DNA of 64,000 nucleotides from Escherichia phage 121Q: the sequence record NC_025447.1. One strand, 5' to 3'. This document shows, one piece after another, positions 29,234 to 38,804 of the stretch. The notes beneath the pieces were generated by a model. It did no database searches and was not told the DNA's origin. It was given only the letters and a program-made list of their open reading frames with translations. How positions within the stretch are numbered: the stretch's first letter is position 1; every line of letters starts with the position of its first letter. The position numbers and the translations under genes are program-made.

Positions 29234-30424
29234 TTACAATTGTCTAGGTGTATCCAGTACATATCTATTTGTAGTAGGACCACCATCATCATATGTTCCG
29301 GTTGAATATATATTTTTCATATCAGCAGTTAGGAAAGTACGATACGAACCGCGATATATTTTTATTTTATCATACATAGAATATGTTATTCCTGACGGCA
29401 ATGGACATGCAGTAAATTTACCAATAGTAACATTAGAACCAACACCCAATGAACCAGCATAGGCACTCGCATTTAAACCAGTTGCATATACACCTGTACT
29501 CGTAATTAGTATACTAGATTGTGTTGGGTATCCAGTATGAATTGAATACAAAGTACCAGGTGGTAGAGTAGTACTGTTATTTCCTAAAACTCCATTAACA
29601 GTGCTAGATGTAGTGTTATTTCCCCATGCTCCATTATTAGCTAACCCACCCACTAGGAACTGACGTGCTCCTGTATTTGGATTTTCAACTAAAGCACTTA
29701 CTGCACCAGTTGAGCATCCTGTGTATTGTAACGTTTTTGTGTATGTTGTATTTGGTTGATATAAAGTATATTCATTATATGAAGTCCATGTAGTCGCGGA
29801 ACTTATACCGGATGTAACACCACCAATATATAAATTATTTTGTTTATCAAACAACAATACACAGTTATTTGTTGACTGTATTTGTGCAATATCAACATTA
29901 GGTGTGACCGCTTTTACAAATGAACCATCGGTTATTTCATAAGTAGTTCCCGTTCCATCGGCGAATTGTCTAGCACTGTTCCACCCTGTACTCCATATTG
30001 TATTATTGTCCATTAAGAAAGTAAACCACGTAGTACCTGCATACATCTGTTTAATTGAAGTACTTGAACTTTGTGTGTACAAATTTTGAATATATTGGTT
30101 ATAACTTAAAAACGTAGTAGTACTAGTTGATAAACCAATATGACTACCATATCCACAGTAATAATAATTTGAGTCATTGTCTTTTACTAATAAAGTTCCT
30201 TGTGTAAGCCAGCAATCGTTAACGTTTTCTCTAATTAATGTCCATGATTTTAATGCAGTGTTGTTTCCTCTACCGAATTTCCCAAAACTATTAGTCCCAC
30301 GTGCATATAGTTGACCATCCGTATACAGAACCACAACATCTAAATCAGTTGGGATTATTTTCTTAATTTTAAGTGGTACTGGGGCAATATTCCCATAATT
30401 CATCATTCTTGCAAAAGGTAACAT
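29234..30424 (-). CDS. RCC1-like repeat (beta-propeller) protein, paralog H
   Basis: leader MLPFARMMNYGNIAP; Gly/Thr/Ser/Asn-rich repeats. Confidence 0.75.
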   Translation of the reverse strand: MLPFARMMNYGNIAPVPLKIKKIIPTDLDVVVLYTDGQLYARGTNSFGKFGRGNNTALKSWTLIRENVNDCWLTQGTLLVKDNDSNYYYCGYGSHIGLSTSTTTFLSYNQYIQNLYTQSSSTSIKQMYAGTTWFTFLMDNNTIWSTGWNSARQFADGTGTTYEITDGSFVKAVTPNVDIAQIQSTNNCVLLFDKQNNLYIGGVTSGISSATTWTSYNEYTLYQPNTTYTKTLQYTGCSTGAVSALVENPNTGARQFLVGGLANNGAWGNNTTSSTVNGVLGNNSTTLPPGTLYSIHTGYPTQSSILITSTGVYATGLNASAYAGSLGVGSNVTIGKFTACPLPSGITYSMYDKIKIYRGSYRTFLTADMKNIYSTGTYDDGGPTTNRYVLDTPRQL

Positions 30425-30495
30425 ATTTCCCTCCTTTATTCATTATACTATATTTAATACAAATAAGAAAGCCAGTACAGTGTACTGGCATTATA
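30425..30495 (-). promoter_or_regulatory. intergenic cassette: terminator hairpin plus promoter-like and SD block
   Basis: GCCAGTACACTGTACTGGC hairpin, conserved block. Confidence 0.55.
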
Positions 30496-31635
30496 TTATT
30501 TCCACGGTAGAAGTGAATCAGGAACCCTTGTTGGTACAGTAGTTGAAGACATTCCAGTAAGATTGGGTACACCACATGTGTATAAATTATTATATTCGTC
30601 AACTAACATCGTATAAGAATAGCTCTTACAAAAACTACTAAGATTACTACCTTCTAATGCAGTAAGATCCATTTCAGCGAATGATGTTATATACATATCA
30701 GTTGTACCAATACCACATTGACCATTTGAATTAAGGCCACATGAAAATAACTTATTATTATTATTAATTATACAGGATGGTCCGGTAAGGTTTGTCCCAA
30801 GCTCACCCACCAACTCCACTTCTCCTTGGAATGATAAATTTGGAATTAATGTACTCATTGGGGCTACTGACCTATTTCCTGTACCTGCTTGTCCATAGTC
30901 GTTAATAGATGCAACTTTAACATTACCATCATTAAGAAATATATAAGAAGTTTCATTTGTATTGACTGCTTTAATTGCATTACTAATCGAAGTATCTTGT
31001 GTAAATGTGAGCAAGTTTTGTGTCGTCGTTCCTGATACAAACGTTCTACCTGCATACCAATATGAACCATCATTTAGTACTAATCCAGTACTATATATTG
31101 CACAACCAGCACTGATAACATTTTCTATTGTACTATAGGTGAATCGTGAAACGCTTGAAGTTGATCCATTCCCAAAAACACCACCAGTACCAGCACCACA
31201 GTAGAACCACTTTCCATTTTTTAAAAATACACGCATACACGAAGATATCACAACACTATCAATATCATCTGCACTGACACCGAAATCAGTAAAGTTCTGT
31301 GTTATATCAACCCAAACGCCGTTAGTGTTTGAAGATAGTATTGGAATAACAGTACGTCTACCAGTGTACCAAATAGTACCATCTTTCTTTATAGCAATTG
31401 TTCCTTGTACCCCACCCCAATATCGTGTAACATTTGAGTTGACAAGAGTCCATTCAGTTGAAGAGTCCAATGAACTATTACCACTTTGTCCATATGCTGA
31501 AGAACCAAACCAATATAGATTGCCATTTGTGTGTAAATAAAATTTGGCATCAGCAGAACATTGTAACCTGTTTTTAGGTAGAATCAGTTCAGGTGCGATA
31601 TTCCCGTACTTAACCATTCTTGCAAAAGGTAACAT
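30496..31635 (-). CDS. RCC1-like repeat (beta-propeller) protein, paralog I
   Basis: start at conserved MLPFARMVKYGNIAP (track ORF reads through the intergenic region); close paralog of K, same C-terminus VPTRVPDSLLPWK. Confidence 0.75.
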   Translation of the reverse strand: MLPFARMVKYGNIAPELILPKNRLQCSADAKFYLHTNGNLYWFGSSAYGQSGNSSLDSSTEWTLVNSNVTRYWGGVQGTIAIKKDGTIWYTGRRTVIPILSSNTNGVWVDITQNFTDFGVSADDIDSVVISSCMRVFLKNGKWFYCGAGTGGVFGNGSTSSVSRFTYSTIENVISAGCAIYSTGLVLNDGSYWYAGRTFVSGTTTQNLLTFTQDTSISNAIKAVNTNETSYIFLNDGNVKVASINDYGQAGTGNRSVAPMSTLIPNLSFQGEVELVGELGTNLTGPSCIINNNNKLFSCGLNSNGQCGIGTTDMYITSFAEMDLTALEGSNLSSFCKSYSYTMLVDEYNNLYTCGVPNLTGMSSTTVPTRVPDSLLPWK

Positions 31636-31705
31636 ATTCCCTCCTTTATTTGTTATACTATATTTAATACAAATAAGAAAGCCAGTACAGTGTACTGGCA
31701 TTATG
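31636..31705 (-). promoter_or_regulatory. intergenic cassette: terminator hairpin plus promoter-like and SD block
   Basis: GCCAGTACACTGTACTGGC hairpin, conserved block. Confidence 0.55.
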
Positions 31706-32815
31706 TTATTTTGGTAAATCAATTTTAGTAAAGACTGCAACATCCTCGATTGCACCTGGAATGGCGTAATACGATCCAGTACTATACACATCTCCATTTT
31801 TGGTTAATATCGATGTCAAACCATCACTAAAAAGAACATCCCTAATCTCACTAACTTCAACGGGTAATTGTAAATTGGTAGCACTATATATAGCACCAGT
31901 TTGAGAATTGTTTAATCCCAAACCACGGTTCGCCCCAACACCCTTCTGATATGTACTAGTAATTACCATTTGTGTAGCAGTATTTAAGGCAGGTGAATTC
32001 GTCATAAACAATGGAGAACTATTAGGCAAAGTACTTACAGGAACTGCACGGAATGTAGTCGTACCTGAACTAAGAAAGTTTGGAGTTTGACCACATACGA
32101 AATATGATGTACCATTATAGTAATTGAATGCATTACCACCAATGGCTGCATCGATTACACCAGAACTACGCAATCCCCAAGTGTTAATTTGTGTTTGGTT
32201 CCCCGTACCATGCTGTCCACTACTATTCCATCCAGAACTATATAGCTTATTATCTAATGTAAGATACATACTATCATTCGCATTGGTCATTACTTTACGA
32301 ACGTTCGTAGCACATTGAGTTAATGTGTAAATTGATGAGGAACCAATACCCAAAGAACCACGATATCCATTATCTCCTGCACCATAGAGTACTGAATTAG
32401 TGCTAAGTACAAATATTAAACCATTTGTACATACAATATTAGCAATTTCACTTACTGGTATAGCATTGGTAAACCAATTAGTCCTTTCAACTAATACAGT
32501 ACTGTAAGAAGTAGTTGTAGAAGATGAGAACCAGTACGTTTGACCTGATGTCCATATCGTATTATCATTTTTAATAATAACAAGTGTACGATCACCCACG
32601 AAAAAATTAGAAACATCTGCACTTACTAATATCCATGAAGATACCGTGTTGGTATTACCATTTCCAGATTCACCACCTTGATTTCTACCTATGTAATATA
32701 AATCATGTGAATCAGTCAATAAGAATTGACCTTGTGTAGAAGCACCAACTTTAATTATATTTTTAGGACCAGGTACAATATTTCCGTACTTAACCATTCT
32801 TGCAAAAGGTAACAT
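31706..32815 (-). CDS. RCC1-like repeat (beta-propeller) protein, paralog J
   Basis: leader MLPFARMVKYGNIVP; GSLGIG and GQHGTG repeats. Confidence 0.75.
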   Translation of the reverse strand: MLPFARMVKYGNIVPGPKNIIKVGASTQGQFLLTDSHDLYYIGRNQGGESGNGNTNTVSSWILVSADVSNFFVGDRTLVIIKNDNTIWTSGQTYWFSSSTTTSYSTVLVERTNWFTNAIPVSEIANIVCTNGLIFVLSTNSVLYGAGDNGYRGSLGIGSSSIYTLTQCATNVRKVMTNANDSMYLTLDNKLYSSGWNSSGQHGTGNQTQINTWGLRSSGVIDAAIGGNAFNYYNGTSYFVCGQTPNFLSSGTTTFRAVPVSTLPNSSPLFMTNSPALNTATQMVITSTYQKGVGANRGLGLNNSQTGAIYSATNLQLPVEVSEIRDVLFSDGLTSILTKNGDVYSTGSYYAIPGAIEDVAVFTKIDLPK

Positions 32816-32889
32816 AATTCCCTCCTTTATTCATTATACTATATTTAATACAAAAAAGAAAAGCCAGTATCAAGTACTGGCATATTACA
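32816..32889 (-). promoter_or_regulatory. intergenic cassette: terminator hairpin plus promoter-like and SD block
   Basis: GCCAGTACTTGATACTGGC hairpin, conserved block. Confidence 0.55.
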
Positions 32890-34032
32890 TTATTTCCACG
32901 GTAGAAGGGAATCGGGGACTCTGGTTGGAACTCTCACGGCTGGAACATTTCCAAGTTCAGCCAAACCACTCATATACAAATTGTTATTTTCATCAATTAT
33001 CATTGAATAGAAATTATCAATTACGAAGCCTGAAATTCGTCTTCCTTCTAATGCATCAAGAACCATTTCGGTGAAAGTTAATATATTTTCGGATGTTTGA
33101 TTAACACCACATGCACCATAGGTATTTCGACCACAAGTATATAACTTATTATTATTTTTAACAACACATCCATTCCCTTCGTTGTTGGATAAACCACCCA
33201 CCAACTCTATTTCACCTTGGAATGATAAATTGGGAATTAATGTACTCATTGGTACTGCTGATACTCTACCTACACCAGCTTGACCATATGCATTTGGTGA
33301 AGCAACCTTCACTGAACCATCATTAAGAAATATATATGAAGTACGGTATGTATTTACAGCTTGTATAGCATTGGTGATCGTATTGTCTTTTGTAAAACTT
33401 AATATATTTGATGTTGTTGTACTACCAGGAGCAACAGTATTTCCTGCATACCAATAGGAACCATCATCAAGAACTAACCCAGTACTGAGCAAAGAACAGC
33501 CATAACTTTTAACATTTTCTATAGTGCTGTATCTGAACGATGTGACATTAGCTGTTGACGCGTTACCAAATACACCACCCTCGCCAGCACCACAGTAGAA
33601 CCATTTTCCATTTTTCAAAAATACACGCAAATTCTGTCCAACAGCAATACCATCAATATCATCAGCACTGACACCAAAATCAGTGAAGTACTGGGTTACA
33701 TCAATCCAAACCCCATTTGTATTTGTTCCGATTTGTGGCATTACTATACTAGCACCTGTGAACCAAATAGTTCCATCATTCTTAATGGCAATGGAACCAA
33801 GAACACCACCCCAGTAACGTTCAATATTATTATTCACACGGGTCCATACGGTGGATGATTGTAATGAACCATTACCACCTTGTCCAAATGAAGATGAACC
33901 ATACCAGTACAAGTCACCATTAACATGCAAATAAAAACGAGTATTATAATTTGCTTGTAATCTATTTTTAAATAGAGGTTTTGGTTCTGGTGCTTCATTT
34001 CCGTACTTAACCATTCTTGCAAAAGGTAACAT
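32890..34032 (-). CDS. RCC1-like repeat (beta-propeller) protein, paralog K
   Basis: leader MLPFARMVKYGNEAP; close paralog of I. Confidence 0.75.
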   Translation of the reverse strand: MLPFARMVKYGNEAPEPKPLFKNRLQANYNTRFYLHVNGDLYWYGSSSFGQGGNGSLQSSTVWTRVNNNIERYWGGVLGSIAIKNDGTIWFTGASIVMPQIGTNTNGVWIDVTQYFTDFGVSADDIDGIAVGQNLRVFLKNGKWFYCGAGEGGVFGNASTANVTSFRYSTIENVKSYGCSLLSTGLVLDDGSYWYAGNTVAPGSTTTSNILSFTKDNTITNAIQAVNTYRTSYIFLNDGSVKVASPNAYGQAGVGRVSAVPMSTLIPNLSFQGEIELVGGLSNNEGNGCVVKNNNKLYTCGRNTYGACGVNQTSENILTFTEMVLDALEGRRISGFVIDNFYSMIIDENNNLYMSGLAELGNVPAVRVPTRVPDSLLPWK

Positions 34033-34106
34033 AATTCCCTCCTTTATTCATTATACTATATTTAATACAAAAAAGAAAAGCCAGTATCAAGTACTGGCAT
34101 ATCAAA
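34033..34106 (-). promoter_or_regulatory. intergenic cassette: terminator hairpin plus promoter-like and SD block
   Basis: GCCAGTACTTGATACTGGC hairpin, GTATTAAATATAGTATAATGAATAAAGGAGG. Confidence 0.55.
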
Positions 34107-35255
34107 TCACTGCAAAAATGACATATCGACTTCGGTATAATTAAGAACGTTCTGTCCAGCAATACCTCCCATTACTACAATTGAAGCCCCACAATAATAT
34201 AACTTCGAAGTGTCAGTAAGTATAAGTGAACCAGATGGGGTGCGTACCAAATTACACGAAGTATTAAACGAAGTATATGAAGGGGTATAAGAGTACTGAT
34301 TAATATTATTACCAACACCTAATTGACCAGACGAGTTGCTTCCAGATGCATAAAGTACTTCATCACCTTTAACTATATGTGACGCCATGTTACCAACACA
34401 AGTATATAAACTATAAACTCCTGAACTCAATAATGTTGGAGTTTTGTATTGTATATCTGTAGATGAAGAAGTACCACCTGTGCCAAATTCGTTCCCGTAT
34501 TGTGCACCGAACTGTTTACCACAAGCGTACAAATTATTATCCGATTTAATAAAAAATGTACTCTGATAACTGACATTACAATCTATAACATCCGAAGAAA
34601 TCATCGTCACCCCAGTAATAGAAGTTTGATTGCCTGTACCTAACTGATAGTAATAGTTAAAACCACAACCCCATAAAGTATTATCTTCTTTTAGGTATAT
34701 GTTACCAACTGCCTTTTTAACCGAAGTTATAGTATCTACCCTTTTGAATGTGTTAAAAGAATTAATGTTTGTACCATCACCAAATGATGATAGGTTAGAG
34801 TTATTGTTAGCTCCACAACAATACAATGTACCATCGTTTGTTATCAAATTTACCTTCATATCATTAAAACTACTCATGTATTTTATATCAGAAACATTAA
34901 TACCACCTGATGTTATCCATGTAGTACAGTCCGTCCACAAAGTTTTTCTATCAGTTACACCAGTGAATGCCTTCGTGTTGCCAGTGATAAAAACTTTTCC
35001 CGTACCTTTCTCTTCGTACAATTGACAATCACTACTGTTATCTTCCAATAGAACTCGTTTAACATTCTCCGCACAAAGAATAAATTTACTCGATGCTACA
35101 CCTGTTCCAGTACCCCAATTCGTCGCAGAAGATGCATACAACTTATCAGTATAAGTATCATGAAGATACATGGAATCACTGGAATATATTTTAAAACGTC
35201 CATCATCACCAGGGGCAATATTCCCGTACTTAACCATTCTTGCAAAAGGTAACAT
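34107..35255 (-). CDS. RCC1-like repeat (beta-propeller) protein, paralog L
   Basis: start at conserved MLPFARMVKYGNIAP; close paralog of F. Confidence 0.75.
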   Translation of the reverse strand: MLPFARMVKYGNIAPGDDGRFKIYSSDSMYLHDTYTDKLYASSATNWGTGTGVASSKFILCAENVKRVLLEDNSSDCQLYEEKGTGKVFITGNTKAFTGVTDRKTLWTDCTTWITSGGINVSDIKYMSSFNDMKVNLITNDGTLYCCGANNNSNLSSFGDGTNINSFNTFKRVDTITSVKKAVGNIYLKEDNTLWGCGFNYYYQLGTGNQTSITGVTMISSDVIDCNVSYQSTFFIKSDNNLYACGKQFGAQYGNEFGTGGTSSSTDIQYKTPTLLSSGVYSLYTCVGNMASHIVKGDEVLYASGSNSSGQLGVGNNINQYSYTPSYTSFNTSCNLVRTPSGSLILTDTSKLYYCGASIVVMGGIAGQNVLNYTEVDMSFLQ

Positions 35256-35303
35256 AATTCCCTCCTTATTCATTATATCATATTTACCCAATAAAGAAAA
35301 CCC

Positions 35304-35332
35304 TTGACATCCTTTCAGTACTGTTGTACTAT
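35304..35332 (+). promoter_or_regulatory. sigma70-like promoter TTGACA-N17-TACTAT for small-gene array
   Basis: TTGACA at 35304, TACTAT at 35327, SD AAGGAG before ATG 35358; sits at divergent junction with minus-strand array. Confidence 0.5.
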
Positions 35333-35357
35333 AGAAGGAATATAAGGAGAACTACAC

Positions 35358-35585
35358 ATGACAAATACTCTTAAGTACTACCTCAATACTCTAAATGAAC
35401 TAGAGTACGGGGAGTTTCTCTCGGATAGTTCGTGGCTAATTGAGCTAAAAAATTATAATAGTCCAGGATGCACCCTTATGATGAACAATGCAATTGATAC
35501 CCTCATTGTGAGTATTTTACACAGCAACATCTGCGGGGATAGCAATAAACAATTATCAAAAATCTTAGTACTGCTATCTATATGA
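35358..35585 (+). CDS. S-array small protein
   Basis: first gene of tandem small-ORF array, SD AAGGAG. Confidence 0.55.
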   Translation: MTNTLKYYLNTLNELEYGEFLSDSSWLIELKNYNSPGCTLMMNNAIDTLIVSILHSNICGDSNKQLSKILVLLSI

Positions 35586-35785
35586 ATATCGAACAGTACT
35601 ACATCGATGCACTACCAACAAAAGGTCTACGAGAAAGCCTACTGTATACACAAAATACTATTATACACTACAAACGTTGTCCTAAACTCCTGAACTCGTA
35701 CAGGAATAATATCATAAGAAATGCTTTACAAGGGGCAGAAAGTATGCAATACTATTATATCCTTGCCCTTTTAATCGAGTACTAA
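35582..35785 (+). CDS. S-array small protein
   Basis: tandem small paralog; C-terminal YYILALLIEY-type tail. Confidence 0.55.
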   Translation: MNIEQYYIDALPTKGLRESLLYTQNTIIHYKRCPKLLNSYRNNIIRNALQGAESMQYYYILALLIEY

Positions 35786-35786
35786 T

Positions 35787-35996
35787 ATGAATACTGAACA
35801 TAAAGAATTCTACACCAAATACCTTAGCAACGAAGAACAATTGTTTCTAAGGAGTGTATCACCTTTAAGTATAGATACACCACACGCCAGAGATTGCTTT
35901 AATAATTGTATACGTAGTACTCTAGAAGCAATCGAATGTAATAACAAAAATATTATGTACTCTGGTTTAATAGGACTAATATATTTCTATGAATAA
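35787..35996 (+). CDS. S-array small protein
   Basis: N-term MNTEHKEFY, C-term LIYFYE; abuts neighbours. Confidence 0.6.
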   Translation: MNTEHKEFYTKYLSNEEQLFLRSVSPLSIDTPHARDCFNNCIRSTLEAIECNNKNIMYSGLIGLIYFYE

Positions 35997-36183
35997 TCAT
36001 AAAGATTTCTATTGTAGTAAACTACCCAAACAAGAACAGCTATCATTCTCTTTAGCACCACCTATGAGAAAGGATAATCTGTATTATAATTACGATTTCA
36101 GGATGGTGACACGTTATGCAATAGAACATACGTTCCCTGCAACTAAGTACCGCTCTATCCTGAACCTCATCTTTAAGTTCTAA
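35989..36183 (+). CDS. S-array small protein
   Basis: N-term MNNHKDFY; start overlaps upstream stop. Confidence 0.6.
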   Translation: MNNHKDFYCSKLPKQEQLSFSLAPPMRKDNLYYNYDFRMVTRYAIEHTFPATKYRSILNLIFKF

Positions 36184-36235
36184 AAGGTACACCAGGGACC
36201 GAGTACTTTAATATAGTAAGGCTAATTACATTATA

Positions 36236-36421
36236 ATGAATCATATAAGCTACTACTACCAACAACTATCCGACAGAGACAAGTACAGTCACAACTCCCA
36301 TGTGTGGTACTACAAACGCGGCAGTATAAGAGACAAACAACATTACTTCTGTATTTCTATTAAAGAAGCACTAACAACTAAGTACACGTACCGAGCAGTA
36401 CTTAAACTTATTGAAATGTAA
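36236..36421 (+). CDS. S-array small protein
   Basis: 61-aa tandem paralog, C-term VLKLIEM. Confidence 0.55.
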   Translation: MNHISYYYQQLSDRDKYSHNSHVWYYKRGSIRDKQHYFCISIKEALTTKYTYRAVLKLIEM

Positions 36422-36429
36422 GGAAGAAA

Positions 36430-36612
36430 ATGAATATAGAATTCTATTTAACTAAACTACAACACGCCGAAAGATTCAACTTCAATAAGTTCAATATTTT
36501 CTACAATTGCGGGAACAAAAAAGATAAACACACCTTCCTATATGTCGTCACAAGAGATGCACAAAACGAAAAGTACACATACAGAGAAGTAATGAAACTA
36601 ATCGCTATTTAA
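36430..36612 (+). CDS. S-array small protein
   Basis: SD AAGGAAG; C-term VMKLIAI. Confidence 0.55.
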   Translation: MNIEFYLTKLQHAERFNFNKFNIFYNCGNKKDKHTFLYVVTRDAQNEKYTYREVMKLIAI

Positions 36613-36620
36613 GGAATACT

Positions 36621-36800
36621 ATGCAACAATTCTATATAGAACGTATAACCATAAAAGACCGTTTCATGTACGACACCTTCGTTGATTACTACAACCTAGG
36701 AACAAAAAGTACTAAAAATATTAATCTCAATAGCTGCATTTATGCTGTACTAACACAAGATAATCCCTACAGGGAAATCCTCGCACTGGCATCTATATAA
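36621..36800 (+). CDS. S-array small protein (59 aa)
   Basis: not in ORF track; ATG 36621 with SD AAGGAA; fills array gap. Confidence 0.5.
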   Translation: MQQFYIERITIKDRFMYDTFVDYYNLGTKSTKNINLNSCIYAVLTQDNPYREILALASI

Positions 36801-36810
36801 AGGAAACCAA

Positions 36811-37482
36811 ATGAAACTTAATGCACACAGCAAACAATACCTTAAGCACTTTAAGTACCTCAATAGTATTCAGGCAGAATCCGTTACATCTGCATATACG
36901 TATCACCCGAATGTACTAAAGAAACGAAATAAAAAGGAAAAATCCAGTACAAATGGAGTTAACGTATCAAAGAACCTTGAATTGTACATGAAGAAAAATA
37001 ATATAGCTGTTCATTATATGAATATCTATAATACTGATTTAAAAGTATTGAGTACTAATACGAGCACGAAGGTACTAAAGAACGCATCCTTCATCATCAA
37101 TATGCAGTTGGATAATACCCCGTGCACTTTAATGCTATACTTCGGGAATACATACTTCTTCGGGAATTGTAACACCTCCCACGATGTCAATACAGCACAA
37201 TTCCAAATGGGTGGCATATACTCTACTGATGCAGAAAAAGTACACGAGAATATGCACTTCTGGCAAGCACAACGTACAGAAGAAACTAAATCAATTGTAG
37301 ATTTCCTCAAAGAACTAGAACACAAAGAACTACAGGAAGAAGAACTATTCATGTACAGTACTGTAATCGATAATCCAGTACTCTATAAAAACGCGTACAA
37401 TCTGACAAAACATGTACAGGAAATTATCAGTACTAATAAGAAAATGCATCACCTCATTACGTATATTACAAACTATGTATAA
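36811..37482 (+). CDS. hypothetical protein embedded in S array (223 aa)
   Basis: SD AAGGAAA; larger ORF unlike neighbours. Confidence 0.6.
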   Translation: MKLNAHSKQYLKHFKYLNSIQAESVTSAYTYHPNVLKKRNKKEKSSTNGVNVSKNLELYMKKNNIAVHYMNIYNTDLKVLSTNTSTKVLKNASFIINMQLDNTPCTLMLYFGNTYFFGNCNTSHDVNTAQFQMGGIYSTDAEKVHENMHFWQAQRTEETKSIVDFLKELEHKELQEEELFMYSTVIDNPVLYKNAYNLTKHVQEIISTNKKMHHLITYITNYV

Positions 37483-37657
37483 AGAATACTATATCTCTAA
37501 ACTACCCGTGCAGCAAAAATACTTTGCTGCATACAAAGTTCTTCTCATAACTCGTGCCGCTCGATCTAACTACATGAATAGCGTAAAACGTGCTATAGAA
37601 AATGATGACGCAATGAACCAGTACTATAACATTTTACTACTAATATATAAGTACTAA
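37475..37657 (+). CDS. S-array small protein
   Basis: start MYKEYY at 37475 overlapping upstream stop; C-term LLLIYKY. Confidence 0.6.
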   Translation: MYKEYYISKLPVQQKYFAAYKVLLITRAARSNYMNSVKRAIENDDAMNQYYNILLLIYKY

Positions 37658-37667
37658 AGAGAACAAC

Positions 37668-37850
37668 ATGCACAAAGAATACTACAGGGATAAAATACCT
37701 ATGCATCTCCAGCACCATATACCAACAGAACCAATAGGAATAAAAGATCACGCAAAGATAATGTTCCAACAATGTACTAAGTACACGCTCATATACGATG
37801 ATAATCCATATATGCTGTACTACGTAGTAATGCTAACATTCAGGTACTAA
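37668..37850 (+). CDS. S-array small protein
   Basis: MHKEYY...MLTFRY. Confidence 0.6.
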   Translation: MHKEYYRDKIPMHLQHHIPTEPIGIKDHAKIMFQQCTKYTLIYDDNPYMLYYVVMLTFRY

Positions 37851-37851
37851 T

Positions 37852-38043
37852 ATGAATAACCACAAAGAATACTACATAGAGAAACTCCCAATGTATCTCC
37901 AACACCTTGTACCAACAGAACCATTGGGTATAGAAAAAAACTACGAAAAAGACTACTTCATTCAGTGCACTAAATCCTCGATATATATTGAAGACTATAA
38001 TCGAGTACTGTATCACATCCTTTTACTAATATATAAGTACTAA
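37852..38043 (+). CDS. S-array small protein
   Basis: MNNHKEYY...LLLIYKY; 1 nt from upstream stop. Confidence 0.6.
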   Translation: MNNHKEYYIEKLPMYLQHLVPTEPLGIEKNYEKDYFIQCTKSSIYIEDYNRVLYHILLLIYKY

Positions 38044-38044
38044 T

Positions 38045-38227
38045 ATGCACAAAGAATACTACACACAATTTCTCCCCAGCATTTTTGAACACTACGCCAG
38101 ATATAAAGTCCCTCTGGATAACGATTTGGCAGTACTGGGATTCAATAACTGCATAGAACGAAGTATAGAAAATAGTAGTAGTTATGACCAGCTATATAAC
38201 ACTATCCTACTTATATTCAGGTACTAA
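38045..38227 (+). CDS. S-array small protein
   Basis: MHKEYY...ILLIFRY. Confidence 0.6.
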   Translation: MHKEYYTQFLPSIFEHYARYKVPLDNDLAVLGFNNCIERSIENSSSYDQLYNTILLIFRY

Positions 38228-38228
38228 C

Positions 38229-38417
38229 ATGCATAAAGAATACTACACAAAATATTTCCCAATGTACCTCAGAACTAATCTATTAGATAAACCTCGCGGT
38301 ATCAATGCACAAAATGATAAAGTGTATTTTACTATGTGCACTAAAGCATGTATACTAGATTTTGACAGCTACCATCGAGTACTGTATCATACCCTGTACC
38401 TAGCTTTCGTATTCTAA
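38229..38417 (+). CDS. S-array small protein
   Basis: start MHKEYY at 38229 (track start 38184 is internal to upstream gene). Confidence 0.6.
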   Translation: MHKEYYTKYFPMYLRTNLLDKPRGINAQNDKVYFTMCTKACILDFDSYHRVLYHTLYLAFVF

Positions 38418-38426
38418 GAGAACAAT

Positions 38427-38612
38427 ATGCATAAAGAATTCTACTTAAGCCATCTGGATCTAAACTCCCAAATGCTTATACCACTAATCCCAATAGATAT
38501 CAAGGATAAGAAAAATACCGAACAATTCATTTACCATACACAGTGTGCGATCACCCCAAATTACATTCCATATGAATTGTACTACATTCTCGCCCTAATA
38601 TATAGGTACTAA
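38427..38612 (+). CDS. S-array small protein
   Basis: MHKEFY...LALIYRY. Confidence 0.6.
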   Translation: MHKEFYLSHLDLNSQMLIPLIPIDIKDKKNTEQFIYHTQCAITPNYIPYELYYILALIYRY

Positions 38613-38613
38613 T

Positions 38614-38799
38614 ATGCATAGAGAATACTACACACAATTTGTTAAAGGGAACTACAAACATGCCGTACCCAGAACCCCTTTAAATTCTCATGACCCAAGT
38701 ACTATATTCTTGTTTAATGACGCAATACGTACAGTACTCAATACTAAAGATGAAGATGTGCAGTACGTATTCTTACTATTACTTATATACAGACACTAA
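38614..38799 (+). CDS. S-array small protein
   Basis: MHREYY...LLLIYRH. Confidence 0.6.
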   Translation: MHREYYTQFVKGNYKHAVPRTPLNSHDPSTIFLFNDAIRTVLNTKDEDVQYVFLLLLIYRH

Positions 38800-38804
38800 C
38801 TAAT

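Noticed and set aside
22242-35291. Canonical T4 late promoter (TATAAATA) in the RCC1 intergenic cassettes
   Set aside because: The conserved block reads AAATATAGTATAAT, which does not contain an exact TATAAATA; it is called promoter-like only
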